A stretch of 64,000 nt of DNA from positions 10,664,001-10,728,000 of the forward strand of contig NC_135264.1 of assembly GCF_964204865.1 (NCBI RefSeq), given 5' to 3'. This document shows positions 35,465-48,660 of the stretch, piece by piece (position 1 is the first letter of the stretch; every line of letters begins with the position of its first letter). A program made the position numbers and the translations under genes. This stretch comes from Styela clava. Its lineage: Eukaryota. Below the pieces are notes generated by a model, which ran no database searches, was not told where the DNA came from, and worked only from the letters and a program-made list of their open reading frames with translations.

Positions 35465-37112
35465 AAATAAACTCTCTATATTTCTGTAATATGGAAATGC
35501 ATATCATTATCATGACTGTCAGAAGGTGATATGTTGTAAACCAGTACTGGCAGACAGACATATATTGCAATACTTTGATCTCAGTAGCTCTAAATGTAAC
35601 AAAAGTTTTCAGATGCAGATAATAAGTATAAGTTTATTTCGACTCCATAATCAGCAATAGACGATAAAAAAATAGATAAAAACAAAAGTAAAAGTAACTG
35701 ATTATAGAATCGGGGAAGCGAACAAAACCTAGAGTAAGGTTTGAAACGTACAGATTTTAGGTGGAAAGGTATTGATAAAAGAAGTAGTACGTGTTCGCTC
35801 ACCCAAGATCATAAACATAGAAACTTATTATACAGTTAATGAAAAGATCTTCAACGGACTAGAAAATTACCTGATACATCATCCAAAAATTGTGTCAGAC
35901 ACTGCTACGTCACAATCACAAAATAGAACTTGTCAAAGTACAGCGATGATCACCAGTCATGGTGTCGGCGACTACCTTTTACGTACTCGATAGAATTTTA
36001 ATATTTGAACCAAATGTTAACATGCTGAGATATTACTTGACTAAATTAGACGGTTGCAATATACGAACATAAAAATGTTCAGAATATTATTATTATCTAT
36101 ATAAGTTACAGATATATTTAACACACTGCAACAATACTCTGACACCAGACTCCATGGCAGTGTGGCTAGCGCATTATTTTGTTTGTCTGCGGGCGGCGTG
36201 CATCTAAATATCAGGTCATACAGTCGCCAGTCATGCCACGCAAAACGTATTCAAGATGTATCGCTGTTTTAGAAATTAAACCACTCAACACTGCAACAGG
36301 AAATCGCTAGACAAATGGAGGATGTTCAACGCATAATATAGAATTATCTTGACACGCCTGATAGGCTACTGATCAAAGTGACTATAACACTTTGTGTGGC
36401 TATAGTCACTATGATACTGATAGCCCACGCCGCGACCTTTGCGTTACCGTGGAGTTGGTAGTCACTCAAAGTTGTTTAATGTCATTGATCACAGAGACTT
36501 TTTAGCCCTTGAATTAGATTGGTATTTATGTATTTGTATTTGCAATTGAGGTATCCATTAGAAAAAATGTCATAGAATATTTTCCCAGTGTAAACCCTTT
36601 ACCCGACAAAATTTCTTTACCGCAATTTTTTTGCTCTCGCGAGATTTATTTTATTTATAAAAGCATCGCATTCATATTATATATACACAATAATAAAAAT
36701 ACAACTGCACTTTAAAAAAACGAGGATAGTTTTCCACTTCTTGTTATGAATTGACAGTTCACCATTTTTAGTTGCAATAGTTTTTTCACAAATAATATTA
36801 AATTTGTGTCATATATAAAATTGACAAAATTGAGGTCTTTCATTACGAAGTTTACATTTGTATATGAAATATCTGGCACATAATAAAACACAATTTATAC
36901 CTTGGTTTTGCCCAACGACTAACATACCGGTTTTGCCCTACTCCCAATAAAGTTTCTCCATGTGTCAAATTAAGGTCTAACCCATATTCAACAGTTAGCC
37001 ACGCATTAACTATCTCCCAAAATTGCTGCACGAATTCACAAAAATAAAATGAACGTTACACAGTTTCAATATGCATATTACAAAATTTATACTTTGGACT
37101 TGGTGTTTTTAT

Positions 37113-37130
37113 TGCCACTAGGTGGCGCTA
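37113..37130 (+). promoter_or_regulatory. Consensus CTCF motif TGCCACTAGGTGGCGCTA
   Basis: Near-perfect match to the CTCF core, located between the divergent oxygenase and SLC16 genes. Motif match only. Confidence 0.5.
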
Positions 37131-37513
37131 AGTGTTTATATATATATTTGAGAATTGATCTCTTGTTTATTCTATATAACAGGTTATTGGTTAGGACTGC
37201 TCGCAAAGCAAATTTGACATGAAATGAAATAGAGCAATAGAAAACTTTTCCATGCAGTGTCAACCAATTACATAGGTCAGGGTGGTCCAAGGTTGTCAAC
37301 TCCGGCGGCCACAAGATTATTTTAGCATTGTTCACGGGCCACAAATAGTGCCAAGAATAGGTAAACAGTGCATTACAAAACAAACACTTTTATTATGCGA
37401 ACCCATTGATCATTATTTGTCAAGCTTAAACATGAAAAAACCACCAAAAAACTTACTAAAACCTGCATAAGCATTTTTATATCTACATTTAGTGTAAGAT
37501 TTCGACGGAAAAG

Positions 37514-37733
37514 GGTACTCCTGTAGTATGTGAATCAAGATGGCGGACACCGGAACGTAGTATGTGTACCAGGTTGGGGTCAGGTCATAATTTCACGTAC
37601 AAATAGCTAGTCCCCAAACTCACAATATAACTAAATTAAGGAAAATTGGAATAAAATTATGGCCTAGCCCCAATCTGGTACACATACCACGTTCCGTTGT
37701 CCGCCATCCTGGTACGCATACTGTATGTGTACC
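37514..37733. mobile_element. Palindromic MITE (family shared with 53683-53873), apparently within a degenerate hAT-like MITE starting near 37278
   Basis: Inverted arms of ~65 bp: AGTATGTG..GATGGCGGACA..GGAACGTAGTATGTGTACCAGG and its complement. Confidence 0.8.
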
Positions 37734-40464
37734 GAAAAAAGTGCCATTACACAAGTCAATTCAGTGACATTAGTGATGTAACAATATGTTGAAAGATTTT
37801 TCTGGTTAAGTTCATGACAAAACAACACCAAATGCGATTTCTTGATTACCCTCCGATTTCGACGCGTCCACAGATAATGCAGCGGCGGACCACATGTGGC
37901 ATATATTTTATTAATGCTTTTAATATCTTCGATCAGACTAAGATGCGGATTGGCTTCTGAGGTTTTTGATAAATTAGTTTTTCATTCTTGGTGTATACAT
38001 TATATAATTTTTAAATACACCTGCATGTCATTATAAAAACTAGAAAAACAACAATAATGAAAAATATACGGAAACATTGAAATTTTTTGTTTAGAATCAC
38101 AAATACCATCAATAAAACAGATATTTTTACTATTCCAATCATCCATATTTTTATTGAACCACAGAGGTGCATGTAAATGATTTGCATCCCTAATAACCTT
38201 GGATTTGAAAATAAACCAACAGTACAAAGAGTATCTCTCAAACATTTTGAATAAATATTATTGATATACACTCCATGCAGATAAATATTTCCATAAAATG
38301 AAGCCATTTCTCCTTACAAATTTCATAAAAACATTTCTATAGACTTCTACGAGACATAAATTTCGTCATTTATTAAAAATTTAACCCATCTTAATTTTTG
38401 ACCAATGAAAAATGATTCCACATCAAGCATATTGACCCCCCCCCCTCCTTTACAGATGCAATTAATGTATTACGTTTGATCCTCTTAACTTCATAGCATA
38501 TCTTATTTACTTCCATTATAAAACTATTGGGCAGTCTTACTGGTAAGATGGATACTACATAAACTAATGAGCTCGACATTTAAAGATTTGATAACAGTGA
38601 TTTTTCCGAGGAAATCTAGATTTTCTTCGGACCATATTTGTGCAACCACATTCATTGTTCTCGAGTTGGCGCTTACAAACAAGTATCGGTATATGTATAT
38701 GTTCATGACCTGATAGCTGATGTTAGCTGGTCTATCGTATCTTTTTCGGGAACTCCTTGGTAGACAAAATGATATTTGATTTTGAAGCAATTGAAAATGA
38801 CAAATATTCAGCAAAACTACCTAAATGAAAAATGTTCACTACTATGTCTGAAAACCTGTCTGATTGATTGGAAAGAGTGTCTGACCAGCTGATAAATTTT
38901 AAATTTCCGTTATCATCTTGCCGCTTAGTCAATGATACGTAAGTAAACTGGGACGTTGATGCTAAGGGAAACATCCAACCCAGCGATGAAAATGAAGGTG
39001 AATTAATCATCATAGCTTCCCGGTATTTATATTGAAAATATGACACCGACTGCCTAGGATTCAGCCTTTATGTCGGTTTTACTAAATATGGACTCAACCA
39101 CCAACATAAAAAGTAATAAAAAAAAAGTTTAAAAAATATTAATTGGCCTATCTAGCTAATTCAAAGTTGTATTGCATTTCGTTCAAACTTGAAAATTGTT
39201 TAAATCCAAATGTCAAACCGGAAGCCAGTTATCATTGAACATATTTAAATATTTTCATCTTAAAATAAATATATATATAATTACATCAAAAACATATAAT
39301 GTAATCTACTCGCAATTTTGGCTTGAGCGGCCAAACGTTTGAACGGCCAACATCCCAAAAGCAGAAAAATATAGAACAAGGTAAAGTTATGACCAGAAAA
39401 GTGTTCGTCCGTTTGAGATAGGCGTTACAGAGGGTTAAAGCAAGCGTTTGCATCCGGTACATAGTGCATGCTGGCTGGTCACATTTATATTAATGACGTA
39501 TTTGAAATAAAAAATTGAACGGTGATTAGAAATATATTAAGAAAGCAGTGTCACCACCGTATATAATATTTACTTGAGCCGCCCTGAGATAATTGCCGCG
39601 TTTCTTGAAGATCGGATTTATTTCATTTGTATACGCTTTGCATAAAACGTGTAGCTTTCGCTTAAGCATATTTTGTGGCGTCATTTGTAAACTTTACCTT
39701 TAAATTCGTGAAATTAGCGCATTTAAGAAACAAAAGAATAGAACGCCACTCTCGACCGCCCATTCTACCACAACCAGCCCTTTGCTGTATCATAATCGAT
39801 TTTTAAATGCCTTCCGATTGATGTTATCTTACGGAAAAACAACTAGGTCAAATTATCACTCAGCTAAGTTTGATGAAGTGTGGCTTTCACGTAGGATCTA
39901 TTGAACTAATCGATGTAGCTTTATCTCACGTAAAAGCAGGATCATTGGCCCTAGAAGAGAGGGCGTAACTCTCAGACCTATATGTAGGTTTTATGTTGTT
40001 AGAGAAGTCATAAAATACATGAATGATCGGTTCGCACGCGGGACAAGTAAGGGGAGGAACATCTAGACGTAAGTGAAACCTAGAAACAAATTTAACTTTT
40101 AGATGTGAAATTCCAAATCAAATAAAACCTTGCACAGTAAACCAGGAAAAATACACCGTGCATAACTAAATTTTCCCAAATTGAGGTCACGCTCACTCAC
40201 ACAAGAGTGAATGAGATTCATTAGCAAAGTTACAGGTGACCACGAAATTCCAAGAAGAGTTAATAATGTATAATATAGCGCATTGATCGCTTTGACTTTT
40301 TAGAAGAGCTGTAAAATGATCATGTAAGAAAATGTGTGTCTAAAAAGTTTCTTAGTTCCAAAATCATTTTTATGCGACGCCGCACCAAGCTTTTTGAAAG
40401 AATCAAGATTTTTTACGGTTCGGAATTACCTAGCCAATTTACACCATTGAAATTTTGAGCCACT

Positions 40465-40545
40465 GGGGTGGTGGGTATGGGATTTGAACCTGAGATTTTG
40501 ATCTTGTTATAGATAAGTCCAACGCTTTCACCATTGGGCCATCGC
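40465..40545 (-). repeat. Degenerate tRNA-like SINE head
   Basis: A-box-like GATGGCCCAATGG and B-box-like GGTTCAAATCCC on the minus strand, without an intact cloverleaf. A similar relic lies at ~32128-32195. Confidence 0.5.
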
Positions 40546-43500
40546 TGAACGATTAAATTTGAAGATGATTGTTTTAATTCGGTCAAGGATCTATGAATGA
40601 ATGTTTGACTAATCCACGTTGAAGAGAAAAGTTCGCGCAGGTGGAGTACACAAACATGGAATAAATATCAACGTGTGCGATAAAGAGGCGAACAATGAAC
40701 GTTGTTTTTTATATATACTTTCCTCTCACACCATGAGAGTAGTCTACTACAGCGTATATGTATAAACTGAGTTGTTTTGTTGTGTGGTAACTAGAACAAG
40801 TATACATCTTATATCAGATAGCTTGTTGTGCTTTTCACTGATATTCCGTTGCGCTTTTTGGTTTAGGAGAGTAAAATGTTTTTGCAGAGATAATTGCTCA
40901 AAACATGATTAATCTAAATAAGGCACTTCAACTGTCTAGTTGTCGAGTTCTAAATTTCTGCATAATTTATTGCAGAAGAGAAGATATTTTGGCAAAATAG
41001 CCTTTGGGCGTCTTAAACGTCACTGTCAGATAATATATTTATTGCTTTGTTCGGGCGAAATTTCGACGAAAATATAGTAACGTGATCAGCGTTCGTAATC
41101 AATTTATTTGCGCCGCTTCTGACGATACTCGATCTCATTCACAGTATTAGAATATAGACAAATATGCTGGCGTCTTTCCGAGTTATCTTATTATGAATTC
41201 CATAATTGATTCCATAAGTGTTAAAAACGCACGTCGTTGTCTTCCTGTTTCGGATAAATGGTGTCGATAGGTAGATAGATTGAACGCATTGAGTTTAATA
41301 ATTGAAGATGACCTGGTCAAATCACTCAAGCGCGATGAACGACCCCGCGTTATACGCACTTAATAGCCGTTTGTTCAGGCGTCTTCCAGCACCTGTAATG
41401 TGCATAATAGATGGAATTGTGCTGGCTTAATGTTTAGTTCGAAATTTACCTCGTAGAAATGCAGCCGCTATCGGTCATAGTATAATTGATCTCATATTTG
41501 GTGGTTTCAAGCAACTGTCAAGCATGAGTGTATGATAATATTCGAGACATTTAATTGAGTACTAATCGAGGTATGATTCACGTATGACGGTTTAAATTTC
41601 GGACGTATAATAACAAAGATGATGAAGCAGTGTACTGTAGTATGTTTATTTACTAAATTTTGTGCATGCGTTAATGATACTATAAAATACAAAATGGAAG
41701 CACTGGAGAAAGTTCAGAATAGTAAAGCAGGTTTATTCCAGTTTAGCTAGAAAATGGAGACGAAGCGCAAATTAATTCCCATTTCAACGTGAACATGCAA
41801 AAATCGAGATTAATCGCACGAATGAGTTCAAAGGGGGATTCGCCTGTGATTTTCTTTCGGTAGTCATAAGTAAGTGCACAATTATCGATAACCAGAGAGC
41901 ATTGTTTTACCGTATTATATTTTTGGTGTTTACTATATATATATATTAAACAGGCCAGATATGGAAACGCTTCAACGCGGCACCAATCTTATATGATATG
42001 TATATATGATGAATTTTCAACAATGAATGAGAACGCGCACTTCTAGTATGGTACGTTTCGAAAATAGACTTTGCGTCGCTTACAATGGATCATGAACTTT
42101 TCAAACTTGTCGAGTAAGTCTCATTTTTTTCCTTGTTGGAACGCTTTATTCCGGATTGTACCGCTTTCAACCAGACCTAACCAATTTTTGCGGAAATCAT
42201 ACGTCTTATTCTGCGAGAAAGTTTCGACTTTGCACCATCTTTGTATCCAAGAAGCATTATTAGTTGTCGCGGTTATCAATGATATTCACGAAAAACAAAT
42301 CGACTAAGCTATTACGAAAATCCGGAAATGATTTTGCAAAGTTTTAAACTAATATGATAAATAACTACAATGCACTATAACGTTCACAAAGAAAATTACA
42401 TATGTCGACCTGTTTTACGTTGTAGGTATCCGTGGTCAGATAGGCGAATACCAGCGATCACTTGTGCTTTCAAAAATAGAAATAGCTTAGTCAAAAGGGA
42501 TGAAACAAGCCCCTTTTCATTCGAGTAATATTCGGTGTTATTCTCGCTCTGTTTCGATATTCCGTCTGCTAATTGCCGTCTAAGTGTAAAGACAGCCTAG
42601 CTATGAATATTGTATGTAAATTTATGCATTCAAAGTTTTCGATTCCACAAATGTCAGGATGGGTATATATATCTATGTAAACCATTAGAAAGTTTGCAAT
42701 CTGTTCAGATTACGCAATGTTTGAGAAAGCTTTTCTACCAAATATTTCACCAAACAAGAGCGTCTAGTTTTTGCAAACAAAGAGCCGTGTTAATATTCAC
42801 GTCGTACGTTCATTGTGATCTGCTAGTCGTTGAAGGCCATCGTTCCGTAAAAAGTTGAGTTGCCATACGATTTTCGCAGTCTTGTAAACAAATTTTGCTG
42901 TTTTGTTTGCGCGCAGAATAGCATGATATATCCTGTTTACGCTTTGGCGTCATTGTGGCCCATGCGTGTGGCTGGAGTGTAGGTTTAGAGTTAGTGATTC
43001 ATTCGTGGCCTAACCATGCTTAGTCTGGATTAATTTTATTCACTTGGGTACTTGAATAATACGGCAATGCCGCCACGTCACGATCCAAAATAGCCAGTGC
43101 TTAGCTTTTGCAGCGAGCGGATCAGCTGATGCCGGTTTATAATCTGAACAAAAGAGCTTTGCAACTAGAAAGGGATTTCGTGAATAAACGGCAGATAGAG
43201 TGTTTATAGCGTTACTGATATCTGGTGTGGACATTAGCTAAAGTTGCCTTTCGTGCAAGTTGTAGCTTTCTCTGTTTTAGATTTATATATTCTCGAACTT
43301 TTCCAATCCAGTATTGTTCAAAATATGCCAGGAAGTCATATGAAATCCTTTTAACAGCGCACATTGAAATAAAAATATTTGCAAATAAGGACTAAAAATA
43401 GGAAACCAGACTTAAAATTACTACTGGCGTCGCATTGCCTGACGTTGTAGGAACGGATGGTTTATAAATGTTGAAGTTAACTTTTATTTTTAATCAGACT

Positions 43501-43904
43501 GATCTATGGAGAAATTTGTCAGCAAAACGGCAAACTGTACGAGAGAATAACAACTAGATTTTTTCAAATTTTTGTCTGACATAGTTGGTAGGAATGAACC
43601 TTTGATTTGGGGTCGCTATAACTACACAGACCGATTGTTGTTTTCTGCTCGCATAATCATAATATCTAATTTTCGAATTTCAGTATTTTCTTTTGGTTGG
43701 AGCGTTAGACTATATATATATGACTGTAAAATATATTGGCCGACACACGGTGAGCCTATCATAAAGAGGTCGAAGTAGATGCTTCAACGTGTAGAGGGGT
43801 CCTTGTGGATGGATATCCGGAGACCTGGTAATTATTACCGGAGTCCCAAAAACTGCAATAAAACGTAATAATTTGCGGAATATAAAATATACAACAATTT
43901 GGAT

Positions 43905-46900
43905 ATGGAGCCTACTACATCTACAAGGTAAGCGTTAAAAATACTGTAAATATTTTCGATTTTTGCATATATCATCTCGCGAGGAAACACATATAGGGCC
44001 GCTATTTCAATATTGCTCCTCGCTGGAGACTATCCCCAGCGAGCATATCCAGCTCTATTCAAACATATCAAACTATTATATCACACGTCTATAGTTCGGG
44101 CGAGACAACTTTAATTCACGGTCACATAACCACATCAACTAAGCTCGTGCATCGTTCTTGACAGTTTTGGCGTGTAAAGATAAACTTCTGAAAGTATCAG
44201 AGCACAGTTAATATCTTGAACTTCATACAACCTACAGCCTCAAATCGGTTGTGCAGGCGTGATAAATATTTATTTTTCAAATTACACACTCCTTAAACTC
44301 TACATGCGACTTTACTTAATCTTTTTCGGCATGTTGCATGCAATTTGTCCGTCTTCGGCACATGATCTTACCCCTACAATTGATACTTTTATGAGCCGTG
44401 GAGCATACAAAAACTGTTCTTAGACGACAAGTTTCAGCCACAGCACAAATGCCTCGGGTTAATCCCGTTGCCACTTTTTGTTTGAAGTTTTAAATCCGGT
44501 GCATTTTTGCGGAGTAATCTGAGGAATTATGTGCAATTATTGATCCCGTTTTTTATCCCTCCTATCGTTAACTAATCCTAACCTTAAATTTTAATAGCAA
44601 TAAAGCAAGTTGGGCAACTCAAGCCAAATGCATTATTTATGGATATTGTATGTTCCTGACAACATTTTCTCTAATCAAAACAACAGGCGTGTTTTTCATT
44701 CACCTTCAAAATGATTTCGGGGCTTCTGCTGCCCAGGCATCTTTCACTATCAGTTTACCCAGTGCGGTCGTTTTTATGGGAGGTACGTACTTCATGTTTA
44801 TGATATTTTAATTGAGAAGTAATTGGGCTAGTGATCTGAACTAAATCGAATATTTGTACAACGAAAAAGGGGGGGGGGGGGTTACTGAACGCGACAGAAA
44901 AATCATTGAGGCTTTGAACTCCGTGATTTTCAATTTTTACGCAAGTCATAGTAGGCTAATATAAATATGAGAAAATATTTACCTTTAGCATTTTCCACGA
45001 AAGTTTTTTATGAACTTGGGACATTATGCCCGATTTTTTTTAAGCCAATCCTATGAAATATTTCTTGTTTCAGGTCCTGCCTACGGAGCTGTTTTCAATT
45101 CTGCCGGCATTAAACCAACTTTTGCATTAGCTGGAATTTTGATGTTTATCGGGTTTGGAAGCTGCTTCTTTGCATCAAACTTATTTTTCACACAAATTTT
45201 CATGTGCATTGCAGGTAAATATAAATTGCAGGTTTATATAAATACTATAGTTCTATTTGACGGTAAATATTTTTAAAAAAGGTTTGAATTAATTTTTTTT
45301 AGGTATTGGGGCAGGTTTGTCAAATGTGGCAACACTCACTTTGTTGGGGCGGGCATTCTATACAAGCCGCCCAGTAGCACTTGGCGCTCTTGCTATGGGC
45401 GGGGCAACAGCCGTAGCGGTGGGTGGACCAGCTTTACAGTTGTGCATAGACTCGTACACGTGGCGTGGGGCGTTATTGATTCTTGGCGCATATTGTCTTC
45501 ACGGTGTTGTAATCGGATTAGCTTTGGAACCTGTTTATTTGGAGATTGTTAGAAAAAGAGAGACAGCGCTAATTTTGAGAGTCCTCAAATCTCCCGCCAG
45601 AGAAAGGAACTACGAGATTGAAGGTATATATGAAATTTTTGAATTGTTGGAGCCTATTTATTTTCTTATATATACTGAGTTCTAAGTAGTATTTTCTCAT
45701 TTAAATCTCAGAAGATTCTTGTTCAAACGACTGCACATCTAGATCAAGCACAGATGAAGTGTTTGGAGAGGAAAATATTGTATTTGAAGAGCAGCAACGA
45801 ACTTCGACACCGTTTGTTAGTCCTCGTACACGACGACATCAGCGACGCAAGTCTTCAGTCTACGATCGATTTGCTGCTCTCGGAACAAATTTTGCATCAG
45901 TATTTGATGTCAGCTTACTAAAAAATCCTTGGTTTGTCTGCTATTGTCTTTCGTGCGGATTCAGTATAAGTTCAAGAATTTTATCCGGTCTTTATCTAGT
46001 GCGCTATGCACAAGCTTTTGGAATCAACGATCAAGATGCAGCGATGAAATTGACGGTATGTGAAGGAATTTCATTTGCAATGACTCCAGTGATTGGATTT
46101 TTGACAAGCGTGAAGAGAAAAACAAGTAAGAATGTCACTTGAAAAATCGTAGCTGTAACTTATTTTCCCCCTTTATTCAGCAGTTTAGAAGTTCAAAGCA
46201 ACGTAAATTTGGATACATTGTTTTTTTTTTAAACTCAAGGATATTTGTATAAGGTAAAATATTTTCGTGCATCAAGGTCGAAGGGAGGAAAACAAATTCT
46301 TGCAATGGATTCGTATAATAATTTCATCAATAAGACGATCGTATTTACTTGGAAGTTTTCAAATTTTAATGGCAATTGTCATCGCATTTTCAACAATCAT
46401 AACACACAATGAAGGATTTGTAGCATATGCAGCTATGTTAGGATTTTGCTATGGTAAGTAAGAATGTGTCAAGATTAAGCCATCGTAAATGTTTGATTTA
46501 CAATCTCACAGCGGATTTCTAAACTGCATTCCACAGAATCCAACTGGAGTTCAGAGCGCACCTGAAATTACTAATTTCGAAATAATAGGGTATCAAATTT
46601 GATAGGGGGTAAATATGCATTAGTAAAATGACTCACCGCAACGAAACCTAACACAACTGTCGTTCCTGCAACGATAAATACTGTCGCATGGTACACTCGA
46701 GCAACAGAGCATCGCCGCGTGTCAGTTACCATACCCAAAGTAACGTTATAGATGCATTTGTCGACAATCTCAAGTTCATTACATTTTTAGTTGGGTACAG
46801 AATTTGCCCTTTAAAATTGTTCAACTTCCATACGAAGTTATTTGCGTTCTCATAAGCATTCTCATTCTTCTTTCAGGTGGAGTAACTTCTATGACCAACG

Positions 46901-47169
46901 TAGTATTAGCGGACATGTTCGGGACGAAGCAACTTGCCGGTGCGTTCGGTTACAGGTCACTGGCATCGGGAATCATGTTTCTTGGAATACCACCGTCGAT
47001 CGGTTACTTTATAGATATGACTGGTACATATAAAGTGGCACAATATTTTACAGGTACAATGACATTATTAGCTGGCATTTTGACCATTTTAAGCCAAGCA
47101 ATGATACTTCGGAATGAGAGGCTCCTTGACAGAAACAATAATAAAAATGATGACGTAGTTGTCACGTAG
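43905..47169 (+). CDS. Monocarboxylate transporter (SLC16/MCT family, MFS), 7 coding exons
   Basis: Exons 43905-43927, 44598-44782, 45074-45214, 45303-45623, 45712-46125, 46277-46453 and 46877-47169 with consistent phases. MCT-like motifs GVFFIHLQNDFG, F..SRPVALG, YTWRGALLILG, FDVSLLKNPWF, LADMFG..LAGAFG, PPSIGYFIDMTGTY. Confidence 0.88.
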
Positions 47170-48476
47170 CGAGATAAACACGCACACGATCAGCTGAAGT
47201 AATACGGCACGAAATGACGCCATGTAATTATACAATTCGATAAAAACATATGCGTCGGTTAGTCGTGATCCTCCAACAAAAAATGAACTCCGCTACCAAA
47301 AGTGAATGATGTTATCACCATTGCGCTCGCACGAACCAAATTCTTGTTGGTCTGTATACTCGTACGTATTATTTTTTCATTTTATTGTTTTTTTGACAAA
47401 TTGCGCGAAAAAATTAAAGGCGCCAAAACTGGTACATCAAAATTGTTGGCAAAATGGCTCATACGGTACAATTGTATGATCCGAAATTGTTATTGATGGT
47501 CGTTGTATAGTGTTAACACACACGGGCAAACATTTTTTATATTTTCATTTCTTTTTTAAATTTATATTATTTTAACTGTTCAAATTTGAGAACATCGAGC
47601 GTACTTGTATTCAAGTGCTATATAAACCGCCTGTTTATATTCTTAGTTCGTTCGAAAACGTGCTTTATTCAGAATGAAATAATATTGCGGATCTGTCTAC
47701 TTTTATTGCTTAAATTTATGTCCTATATGACTTTTTTTATTATTATTTCTCTGCACTTCCATCTCAGTACGATATTCGTAAACTCGTGCAATAAATAAAA
47801 TGCACTTTCTTATGTTTGCAATGATAAACGGACCTCAAAAGTGATATGGCCTACGTGTGTATGTATGCATGAATGTACTTAAGGTTTCTTCAGGAAGAAT
47901 AATTTTTTGTGATTCTTTTATGAGCATATGCAAAGATGACATGTGCAGGATCGTGATGTTTTTACTTTACCACATTGCTGTCACGTACATTCAAATGGTC
48001 CATCTTTTCGTGACATTCATTCTTCGCATCCATTACGGCATTGCATCCGAGTGTAAACAACATTACCTCAACTGATTGAGGTCGGTAAACTGCCAATTGC
48101 CAAAATGTGTTCGGCATTCCGTTTCTACTTCCAATTATCCATAAAGGGGAAGTAAAGGCGGAAGACGACCTAAAATTAGTTTGGTCGTTCCCAGACTTTC
48201 GACCCCAGAAAAAATGTATTCTTCTACTTTACCATTGCTCATTTTCCAAGCCAATGTTCATAATCACGCCCTAAAATCAGTCGAGTAAAAATATCAGAAC
48301 CACTGCTTAAATTTAATTTGTTACTTATTGCCGATTGGTCAGTGTTAAATGAATAGAGTAACTAGTTAGTTGTTCTCATGCATAGACTTGATAGTGGAGG
48401 AAGCTGTCACGCTGACCACACTACCTACGACAGAGAGGATTCCAGCAATTCTATGGTATATTATTGTTCCCCATGG

Positions 48477-48660
48477 GGCACGAGTGTTCCCAAACACAAT
48501 GCGCCATCAGCCGAGCATGTAGCTACCTATCAGAGGTGCGATGGCACGAGTGTTCCCAAACACAATGCGCCATCAGCCGAGCATGTAGCTACCTATCAGA
48601 GGTGCGGTGGCACGAATGTTCCCAAACACAATGCGCCATCAGCCGAGCATGTAGCTACCT
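48477..48660. repeat. 66-bp minisatellite, ~2.8 near-identical copies
   Basis: Units start at 48477, 48543 and 48609 (GGCACGAGTGTTCCCAAACACAATGCGCCATCAGCCGAGCATGTAGCTACCT...). Confidence 0.95.

Noticed and set aside
38000-39046. Cluster of short minus-strand ORFs
   Set aside because: I could not join them into a phase-consistent gene or recognise a domain.
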